A stretch of DNA of 64,000 bases. Source: Promethearchaeota archaeon. Lineage in GTDB: Archaea > Asgardarchaeota > Heimdallarchaeia > Hodarchaeales > Hodarchaeaceae. The DNA is taken from assembly GCA_048938105.1 (NCBI GenBank), contig JBHLMN010000008.1, positions 96,001 through 160,000 on the forward strand, in the 5' to 3' direction. The first letter of the stretch is position 1; every line of letters starts with the position of its first letter. Under the pieces are notes generated by a model, which was not told where the DNA came from, ran no database searches, and saw only the letters and a list, made by a program, of their open reading frames with translations. Below, piece by piece: positions 41,201-49,400 of the stretch. The position numbers were made by a program, and so were the translations under genes.

Positions 41201-41383
41201 ATTAGAATAAAGTAAAATTCCCGCTAAAATTGAAATTCCTAGAATTAATCCAGCAATCATTGATGTTGAACGCCTTTTATTACGTATAATTGAACGGACA
41301 GATTGGAAAACGTATGAGGCTCTATCACGGGGGCGGAGTCGCCCTGATTTTGGCAATTCTGTTGATAATTGGTCCGATGTCAT
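38258..41383 (-). CDS. Large FtsX/MacB-like ABC permease (two FtsX domains)
   Basis: ERRYQIGILKTQGAS and KRKKEFAILRSYGAS FtsX motifs; two large extracytoplasmic domains. Confidence 0.9.
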   Translation of the reverse strand: MTSDQLSTELPKSGRLRPRDRASYVFQSVRSIIRNKRRSTSMIAGLILGISILAGILLYSNVLMANVYTTIIEGSPYEIRMDFKEGVSDSQIQAYRQEFEDNPLISDAQLLFGDGRTEVVTTDFGTNIYTLAYLTAEIQVEYDNENHSGAQGRIFPQAFYVSEIGINIRDKLITGRNPEIYTQSNPNYHGVLISESLAESAKVQQGNKLKRITLEIEVEDPNDPSYPFNEREIAGSVTLTNITIAGIMASESEASAGIFSGALEETSVGGGGEIYLPEELFEDSNHGGDQTYFLELLIQQEMRYCALKIDESNKEFNFANPAGVSGQINSIINDYQLSYPDDIVGTNLVEGKLAPFQLMSIFIYFFDAMLTIPVAILSLYLLSFGIDLSLHERRYQIGILKTQGASPNQIKRKVMMEALLLAALGLFIGYIVAVLGAWIIGSATGFMKWGESSLPVNDTALSQLPDFLRLMPIIGEIDQIAFFVVGGLIVIILMAMVNGKSNTFIQMEITETVRRGEGEKENFLKRNNLDIVFFVIGFVTLVLTILVESGVSIDLGPATILLALSGPFLYWIGGAAVVARLAVWIPSKTDPIVKRIGFLKDVSILIKGNIFRKSGDMPRLALIIALTVSFGILAAVQGGTGEIHQKRLVEFDIGSDMVITTTLSLSTTTISDIKDLSPDIEDVMAIMTTSGTLGSASIIIHSVDAEVYGTVGMWHSDAFSEGGNKEDILESLANNPQKGCLVGQSIFSENNLKENQKINISMLTYYLDGTMPDFDNGGFPDLRNNTLENLGIQNGYLSQELTILGVFDHTPSGIGSNGIIVDHTLINSLANLSTLSRLDSKGVLSSKYLIKVKKGADVEDIKGIFMSPKNDWITSVDTFEEEMRKSTELQQMDYGIPGLLTADFVISLLAATFATFIFMSILMEKRKKEFAILRSYGASQGQIYKVVFSETIVLLLTSVLWGLFIGLGLSILFNGFFDFFNLFITPLSTLAGGSQIERLLVFDWVNLLVTISITFLAMLFATFLSVRGASKAKISTVIREL

Positions 41384-42084
41384 TATAACTCATCCACCAC
41401 ATCTTCTTCGCGGTGTAAAGTTCCATCGCGAAGGATCAAAATTCTGTCCGCCTTTTTAGCCACTTGCAGATCATGTGTAACCATAATTACTGAGCAATCT
41501 GTTTCATGAATGATTTCCTGAAACAGTTCAATAATCGATTCCCCCGTTTTTGTGTCCAAGTTCCCTGTGGGTTCATCTGCTAGGACGATTTTAGGATTAT
41601 TAGCTAATGCACGAGCAATACAAACTCGTTGTTGCTCTCCTCCACTTAAATCATCTGGAGTATGGTTAACGCGATGCTCTAAGTGGACTCTCATAAGAAG
41701 CATGAGTGCTCTTTGACGGGCTTCTTTTTCCTTCATTCCAGCCAACATCATAGGAAACATTACATTTTCAATAGCGGTACAATAAGCTAGTAGGTTAAAA
41801 TCTTGATATACAATGGAAGAGGTGTTTCTACGAGTATTGACAAATGTAAATTCATCTGCTTTGGATAAATCCTCTCCAGCAATTAGAACCTGTCCCGCTG
41901 TTATATCTTCAATACTAGATAGAATATTCAGTAACGTAGACTTACCTGATCCGCTTGGCCCCATAATAGCGATGAATTCTCCTGGATTGACAGATAGTGA
42001 AATTCCTTTTAATACTTCGATATCGTCCCCTCGAGGGATTCTGAAAGTCTTGTAGAGATCCGATACTTCAATTATCGCATTCAA
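41383..42084 (-). CDS. LolD/MacB-type ABC ATPase
   Basis: [27 protein letters not shown] and VTHD; GGTGA RBS. Confidence 0.93.
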   Translation of the reverse strand: MNAIIEVSDLYKTFRIPRGDDIEVLKGISLSVNPGEFIAIMGPSGSGKSTLLNILSSIEDITAGQVLIAGEDLSKADEFTFVNTRRNTSSIVYQDFNLLAYCTAIENVMFPMMLAGMKEKEARQRALMLLMRVHLEHRVNHTPDDLSGGEQQRVCIARALANNPKIVLADEPTGNLDTKTGESIIELFQEIIHETDCSVIMVTHDLQVAKKADRILILRDGTLHREEDVVDEL

Positions 42085-42618
42085 TTAATATTCACCAATT
42101 TTTTCAATCATTGTATTAGGTCAAGGTGGGGACATTCTGATTTAATAATGAGTTTAAGAAGTTTTCTTAAAAAAACAGGGGATATTAATATTCTTTCTCA
42201 TGTGGGGTAAGGAAATAAGCCAGAATTCTTGGGTTAACAGCATTTTAGGCTAAAGAGATTTTTTTAATGATGACTTAGCGAAAATTGAAAAATCCAAGTA
42301 GCAGAAACCTGAATTCTTAAATTTTTCTCGCTAAACCAATATAATAATTATTGGCCATTTTGAACGCTATCAGAAAGTGCAACAGGGGTTAAGAGGATCG
42401 TTAAACAAGGAATATGTGTTTAATTCCTCGTTCTACCACCAATAGGAGTTTGATACTTTTCTTCCTGTTGAAGTCACCCCGTTAGAAGAAGGAACACTCA
42501 TTATTATTGCGGTGATCCCTGACCTCCTTACTTAAGATAGTAAAACAACTATAACAGATGCACTAGTTTTATAAATATGCACTCAAGAATCTAAGAAGAA
42601 CCTCAAAAGCAGGAATAT

Positions 42619-42840
42619 TTGGAGCCTATCTATTTGAGTTTAAGTTTTATAAAAAACCGAACGTGGAAGCAATACTTCTTAATTGCGGGCTTGCTTATCA
42701 TTTGGATTATTGCTATTTTCGCCTTACTTCAAGCTCTTGCAGAAGTTGATATCTTGACTGCGGGGTTCGCGGTTATTATAGGGGTTGTTTTCTCTGGGAT
42801 TCTTTACATTCTCATTGTTATCATCGATAAGCTTTTGTAA
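42619..42840 (+). CDS. Small 2-TM membrane protein (paralog of 35509..35718)
   Basis: TWKQYFLIAGLLIIW...QA....DI.T.G alignment with the paralog. Confidence 0.72.
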   Translation: MEPIYLSLSFIKNRTWKQYFLIAGLLIIWIIAIFALLQALAEVDILTAGFAVIIGVVFSGILYILIVIIDKLL

Positions 42841-42900
42841 GAGTATTCATCCTCTTATACTTGGCTATCAGCTAACTGGATCGTATTCTTTTGATCAAGA

Positions 42901-43875
42901 ATGACCATAGGAGTCTTTGAAATGCAAAATCTGGTTGAAAAAGTTTTGAAAGGAAATCGTCGTGCTATTGCTCAAGCTATTTCATTAGTTGAAAATCAAC
43001 CAGATAAATGTGCAGAGTTTATTGGCGCTATTTTTCATGCCACGGGGAATGCCTTTATTGTTGGGATAACAGGACCTCCAGGGTCAGGTAAATCAACTTT
43101 GATCAATAATCTTGCCATTCAATTTCGTAAACATAATAAAAAAGTTGGTGTTATTGCGGTTGATCCAACTTCACCTTTTAGTGGTGGAGCTTTATTAGGC
43201 GATAGAATAAGAATGGATGATGTGCAAACAGATTCTGGCGTCTTTATTAGGTCTATGGGGTCAAGAGGGAGTCTTGGTGGTCTAAGTCGAGCAACCATGG
43301 ACGCTATCCGCGTCCTCGATGCTGCTGGTTATGACATATTGCTGATTGAAACAGTCGGAGCAGGCCAAAGTGAAGTAGAAATAGTCAGAACTGCGCATTG
43401 TGTCTGTGTTTTAGGGATACCAGGAACAGGTGATGCCGTTCAGGCAATTAAAGCTGGGATAATGGAAATCGCCGATATCTATGTTGTAAATAAAGCTGAT
43501 CGTCCAGGGGCTCAAGAAATAGTTAATGAGTTGAAATTACTATTAAGTATCGATCCTCGTGAGAAAGAAGACGGACAGTGGAAAATTCCAGTCATTTCCA
43601 CGTCAAATGTGGACAATACAGGGATTAATGACCTAGTAGAAACCATTTTAAACTTCAATGACTATTTGAAAAACACTACAGATTTTGCACGGGAACGAGA
43701 GTTTATTCGACGAAAGAATGAAATCTTGGAAATAATTAAAGTCGAATTTTTCGAGAATATTCTAGAGAATTTAGTGAACAAACAAAAATGGGAAGAGATT
43801 CTCAATGAAGTTATTTCGAAGGAAAAAGATCCTTATTCTGCAGCTAAATCTATAATAGATCCTTTTTTTCGATAA
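42901..43875 (+). CDS. meaB: MeaB/ArgK GTPase (methylmalonyl-CoA mutase-associated)
   Basis: GITGPPGSGKST, AVDPTSPFSGGALLGDRIRM, ETVGAGQSE, KAGIMEIAD and NKAD. Confidence 0.95.
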   Translation: MTIGVFEMQNLVEKVLKGNRRAIAQAISLVENQPDKCAEFIGAIFHATGNAFIVGITGPPGSGKSTLINNLAIQFRKHNKKVGVIAVDPTSPFSGGALLGDRIRMDDVQTDSGVFIRSMGSRGSLGGLSRATMDAIRVLDAAGYDILLIETVGAGQSEVEIVRTAHCVCVLGIPGTGDAVQAIKAGIMEIADIYVVNKADRPGAQEIVNELKLLLSIDPREKEDGQWKIPVISTSNVDNTGINDLVETILNFNDYLKNTTDFAREREFIRRKNEILEIIKVEFFENILENLVNKQKWEEILNEVISKEKDPYSAAKSIIDPFFR

Positions 43876-44008
43876 TTCGCTAGGCTAGAAATCTTTTTTT
43901 GGTGAATGAATTACTACCATTGGGGAATAGGAGAACTTTGTGAATGCGCGTTATATTTAAACATTAGAGAGGAATGTAAAGTTACGCTTGTAGAAGGTCT
44001 GTTATAAT

Positions 44009-45691
44009 TTGCTAGCATGGGTAAGTATTAGTTCCATAATAGGTTTTGTCATAAGTGTATTTTTATGGGTTTATGATGATAAGGGTGAGAAGTTCTCAGA
44101 AAAGGTTACAATTCCTGCCATGGCTTTAACAGGGATAGCTGTCATAATTAGTTTGGTCTTTATCGCTCCTCCAAATATCTTTACTCCTGTTGAAGTAAAG
44201 ATTATGATTGTGCTTTTTTTTATGGTTGTTTTCCTATTTCTCACATTGGCTGAAGAAGAAAAGCTTCGAGTTATTCTTTTTGGTGCTGCGCTTTCTGTGA
44301 TGCTAATGATAATATTTCTTGAACAATTATTACCGTTGGAGTATATCAGATGGCTTCTTGAACACCAACCAGAAAAACTAACTGAAGATAATCTATTAGA
44401 AGAGTTAAATAGAAAGCAACTGCCTCTTTCTCTAGAACAGCTCATAGATATAGCCGAAAATCCAGTCTTATTTTTTGAAGAAGCATTATTTAGCTCTTTT
44501 ATAGAATGGGAGGTTATTTCCATCGTTTTCGGGATGAGTCTTCTTGTCGCAGTACTTTCGGACACGGGACTCTTTGATATGGTGTCAATCCGTACAATTA
44601 AAGCTTCCCAAGGAACACCTAAAAGACTCTTGGTATTGGTTTTTTTCCTTACCATGGTTTTATCAGCATTATTGGATAACACAACAGCTATTATCTTGTT
44701 GAGTGGAATAACTGTCACTGTCACCCGTGGATTGGATTTGGATCCGAAACCATACATTTTAGCTGAAGTATCAGCCACAGTAATGGCTGGAATAATAACA
44801 GTAATCGGATCTTTGCCAGGTATCCTAATAGCTAGTACAAAGGCAGGAAATATACCGTTCCTAACTTTTTCACTTGTCAATTCTGGTTTTATTGGAGTAG
44901 CAATCGTATTATCAATAGGTTATTTATTTACAATTTTTAAAAAGGAACTGACAATCACAGAAGATAGTAGGATTGATCCAACAGTTGTCAGTTTTTTAGA
45001 TGAATGGTCCGTTGTGGATTCAAAAAGAAAACTATACTTAGGATCAATTGTTTTGGGGATTGTTATTTTAGGATTGATACTATCTAGTAATATTGGCTTA
45101 TCAGTAGGATTCATAGCAATAACTGGGGCTATTCTTGCAATCATTGTAACAAAAGCAGATATAGATAGTGTTATCCATGAAATTGAGCTTGACTCAATCT
45201 TATTTTTCATTGGACTGTTTGTTCTAGTTGGTACACTTCAAATATCGGGTGTACTTGAGGTTTTAGCTGATTTAATGCTAGAATTATCAGGAGGAGATCC
45301 TCTTATACTTGTTATTATCATCATTACAGCTATCTCAGTCCTTAGCGCAGTAGTTGCAAATATTCCTATAACAATTGCATTGGCAGAGGTCATTCGTCTT
45401 CTTTTAGCTGATCCAGAGTTCGCTAGTCAAACCATTTTTGGATTCCCAGTTGGAGGGTTATTGTGGTTCACTCTTCTGTATGCAGTTACTTTTGGTGGGG
45501 GATTTACTCCGTTTGGAACAGTTACAGGAGTCATTGGTGTACAAGTACTGCAGCAAGAAGGATACCCAGTCACCTTTCTGGATTATGTAAAAAAAATGGC
45601 TCCCCTAAGTGCGATATTGTTGGTGTTAGGTTTTCTCTATTTGTTGATCCTTCAATTAACTGGTATTTTACCTTTACTTTTAGGCTTGTAG
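44009..45691 (+). CDS. ArsB/NhaD/SLC13-type ion transporter (P-protein-like)
   Basis: FGM.L.V..L..TG.F, SALLDNTT, FF.GLFVLVG.L, SAVVANIP and GG.FTP.G; many TM helices. Confidence 0.85.
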   Translation: MLAWVSISSIIGFVISVFLWVYDDKGEKFSEKVTIPAMALTGIAVIISLVFIAPPNIFTPVEVKIMIVLFFMVVFLFLTLAEEEKLRVILFGAALSVMLMIIFLEQLLPLEYIRWLLEHQPEKLTEDNLLEELNRKQLPLSLEQLIDIAENPVLFFEEALFSSFIEWEVISIVFGMSLLVAVLSDTGLFDMVSIRTIKASQGTPKRLLVLVFFLTMVLSALLDNTTAIILLSGITVTVTRGLDLDPKPYILAEVSATVMAGIITVIGSLPGILIASTKAGNIPFLTFSLVNSGFIGVAIVLSIGYLFTIFKKELTITEDSRIDPTVVSFLDEWSVVDSKRKLYLGSIVLGIVILGLILSSNIGLSVGFIAITGAILAIIVTKADIDSVIHEIELDSILFFIGLFVLVGTLQISGVLEVLADLMLELSGGDPLILVIIIITAISVLSAVVANIPITIALAEVIRLLLADPEFASQTIFGFPVGGLLWFTLLYAVTFGGGFTPFGTVTGVIGVQVLQQEGYPVTFLDYVKKMAPLSAILLVLGFLYLLILQLTGILPLLLGL

Positions 45692-45814
45692 TAACTAATC
45701 AAAATTCAAAAAATAGATCTATAATATAAAGAAAAAAAAGGGTGAAAAAGAATTTTATTGGTTAACATTGAGAAAGGGACTATGAATAGAAAATAAGAAT
45801 ATTCTTAAGTAGAA

Positions 45815-46090
45815 TTATACAATTTTAGGAGCCATGGGCTCCCCACAATGAGTGGGAACTGCTGCTTCTTTTCCACACGAGGCACAGCTGAATTTATCTT
45901 CTTCAAAATCCATAGGTTCACCACATTCTTCACAAGTTGGGAAGTCTTGTTGTGCACCACATTTTGCACATGTAAGCACTACCTTTCTTTCTGAAACCGC
46001 TTCTTGAGTTTCAACATGTTCTAATCCTTCTTTCCCTTTTGCTAATTCAGCATCTGATGGTGGGGTGTCTTTTTCTTCACTCATGATCAT
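45815..46090 (-). CDS. Small acidic Cys-rich (Zn-ribbon-like) protein
   Basis: AAGGAG RBS; CAKC, CEECGEPM, CASC and HCGEPM. Confidence 0.8.
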   Translation of the reverse strand: MIMSEEKDTPPSDAELAKGKEGLEHVETQEAVSERKVVLTCAKCGAQQDFPTCEECGEPMDFEEDKFSCASCGKEAAVPTHCGEPMAPKIV

Positions 46091-46100
46091 AAACTCCTTA

Positions 46101-46196
46101 GTGATGACTTCGATGATTCAATAAGAACCAAGTAGTTCTTTTTGACCTCTATCAGGAAATAGATATCAACCTAAAACTAACTTGCCACGTCATCAC
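46101..46196 (-). promoter_or_regulatory. Structured 5' leader RNA (candidate cis-regulatory element)
   Basis: Closing stem GUGAUGAC/GUCAUCAC encloses two hairpins; TATA-like TTATAAA at 46219-46225; RBS directly 3' of the stem. Confidence 0.55.
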
Positions 46197-46376
46197 AAAG
46201 TATTATACCTTTTAACTGTTTATAAGTGTTTGTAAAACTTTTCACAGAGAAACATTATCTAGCATAATGTCTATTCATGAAAGAGATATAAACAATAGAA
46301 AAACCTTGATCAGTTAAAATAATATGTTAATGTGCTCTTGATAGAATAAAAGCGGTAAAATCTGAATGTAAATATT

Positions 46377-46394
46377 AAAAAAAAAGAAAAAAAA
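46377..46394 (-). terminator. Oligo-T terminator after the large surface protein gene
   Basis: A10-G-A7 tract on the + strand about 20 nt past the stop at 46413. Confidence 0.5.
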
Positions 46395-46412
46395 GGGGGA
46401 TGGTGAAGAAAT

Positions 46413-49400
46413 CTATCTTCTCCGTCTTCGAACAAGGATTACAGTAAGGCCAAGGACGAATACAGCTGGAATCAACGTAAATCCAGGAGCGGGCCCAGGT
46501 TCTTCCGATGAGGTTGTAGTGGTGCTTGTGGTGGTAGTTTCAGTGGTTTCAGGTGCAGCTTTGACCACTACCGTATAGGGATCCGTTGTTGAACCTTCGT
46601 ACCGGCCATTTTCCACTTTGTCTTCAGCGTAGAAATAAACATAGACCGTACCCGCTGCGCTTGAAACTTCCGTACTCGGAAGAGTTGCAGACCAGACAGC
46701 ACCTGTACCTTGAGTCATGCTCAATGGGAGGTATGTTGTTCCATCTATTGAATAATAGACAGTTACAAATTCCACACCGACACCATCATCAGTGACTTCT
46801 ATTGAAACGACGATATTATCTCCAACTTCTGGAGCTGTTGGAGAAAATGTTGGCCCTGTTAAGCTAAATATCGGTGCTGTTATGTCACTACTCCCGATTA
46901 TTATAGGGCTAGCAGTCATATAGTCTCCTGTATTACCGAGAGTGTCTTTTGCGTAAACCATGAAAGTCACATTGTCAAGCCATGCGAATGGACCTACAGT
47001 CGCTTCATAGTTCCCAGCGCCAATCGGAGTCATTTCCGTGGAACCACCAGTAGCTCCCTCAATGGTCCATTCCAGATATGCTGTTTCAATTCCAGAAGGA
47101 TCACCGATAATAGCGACGACTGTGATAGAATCTGTGTCATCAGGACTAGCTGGTGCGATATCGAAATCAAAAACCTCGGGTCCAATTATATCAGGACCAG
47201 CAATAGCAGTGAGGTTTATGGTTCTCCAAGCTGGTGAACCACTCATAAATCGGACAGCATTGTCGTCTGAAGAACCAGTCATCCATGTAGTAGTTCCATC
47301 AAGAACAGCTACCTGTCCTGCTTCATCGAGCCAGAGAAGGTCGTATACATCAGGATCCGCCCACTCAGCAGCATAGCTTTTTCCTACAGATACATCATCT
47401 TTCGTTATCTCATGCGCGGAAAATTCCTGGGGAGCATCACATCGGAAAGCTGAACCCATGAGGTAGAATGAACGAAAATCGACACCCCATTTGAGAAGTG
47501 TTGCTTTTGGAACCGCAACTTCCCAACCTAGGTCAGTGATCATTTTTACGGGTATTCCTTCAGTTGTCGCCGCGCCACCACCTGCCCAGAATAGAGTATT
47601 AACTTCATTTTTGTCAACAAACGTCTGGTCTTCATGGGCAAGAGAGATCGCAATTCCATTTCCACTCGTCCATAAAGGTAGACGTAGTTCATTACCACCA
47701 ACTGACCATTCATGAGTTGATGAAGAAATATCACTTGAAAGATGAAGAACTACTCTTGAAGCTGTTGTCAAATTATCGATTATCACTAAGAAGTAGAAGT
47801 TTGCCTGATCTTCAAAGATTCTGAGCTCTAATATATCTGCTGAACCGTCACCTGCGACTTTATCATCAGAGTCATTGTAGATGTAATCACCCAGAGTATT
47901 TCCGTCAAGATCTGCTCCTGTATCGTCATTGGACCAATCGCGGTAGATGAATACACCTTCAGCAGTGGTCCAATTTAAACCTTCCGCAGGGGCAGAACCA
48001 GGCCAATCGCTGATGTCTCCATCAATGGTTCGGGCAGGAACATAGAATCCAGAGGGTAAGATGAATATTATAACTGGATCTGATTCTGTAACACCATCCC
48101 TATCATCAATTACTTCGATATAATACCCCAGAAAATCACCACCTTCAAATGGCCCAATGGTTGCATTCCATATACCAAGTGCTGCGGTTCCTGTAATTAA
48201 GTTCATATCAACAACCGAAGAATCAATACTTAGATTAACATGTTGAACATAGTATCTTAGTTTCACAGATGCGATAGTTCCATCAGCATCAGAGGCATTG
48301 ACTTGGACATTGATCAGATCATCAGCAGTAATATCTTTCGTAGGAGTTTGTGTCACTTCATTGATTACTGGGTATTGATTTCTCAATTCAAGTACCGATG
48401 GAATGATGACTTCAAACCAATCCATGAACGGATCCGTAAGATTTCCATGGACTGGAACAGGAATGGTATCATTATAACCACCCTTACCTGCACCACTACC
48501 TGCAGCAGCGTAAAGTGCGATCTGGGTCGGGTAGCGGCCATCAAGTCCCATGAGATCAAATGGAATAACTATTTCTATAATATCTTCATCTGCAGACTTT
48601 TGTAAGTCCCATAGTGCTAGATCACCATATTCGTCGTAAGCATCAGCAGTTGCATTCCAGGCATACCATTTTCTATTGGTAACATCTAGATCCCACATAT
48701 TAATCATGAAATCAGCGAAATGTCGGTCAACACCAGTACCAATGTTTAAACCACCAACCCAAGTCCATGAAACATTAACACCCGAATTTGGGAACTGGTC
48801 TACATCAATACCAAGATGCCATCCACCATCAAAGGCACCACTGTCGATATCTCCTTTGAGAAGGATACCGACGCCGTCCGCAGCAGCAGTTACACTGATG
48901 TTGTGGAAATCAGCAAAATCATTGGCACCATCGTTGGCGTCAGTTAACGTATCGTAATTATTTGGCCAATCGGAATCATCACCGTCAGCAGTAAGAGCTG
49001 TAGCAAGTGCAGTTGTTTCAAGATCAACAACAGCAAAGTTTCCGAAAGTGTCCCAATCAGTCCATTCAGCATCATCGTTTGGATTGACTCCTGCAGGATC
49101 ATCAGGAGCAACATCCACAGAGGAATCACCACCAGCAACAAAGAAAGCAACAGCAATTTTAGACCAAACATCGAGTTTAAAGTCTTCAAATGCACTATAG
49201 GGAATCATCATTTCCCACGAGGTATTGGTATGAGCAGTTTGGACATATGGATCCCAATCGTCATGGTTACCCCATGCAGAGCCATCCCAACGAGCAAAGC
49301 CAAAGTTATCGGTCTGGTAATCCCAACAATAGAAGTTGTAATCAGCAGCATACATTGGATCACTTATATTGTGCTTACGACCCCAGGAGTCACCACCTTC

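Noticed and set aside
44071-44880. 269-aa antisense ORF
   Set aside because: It is the shadow of a hydrophobic membrane-protein gene on the opposite strand and has no motifs.
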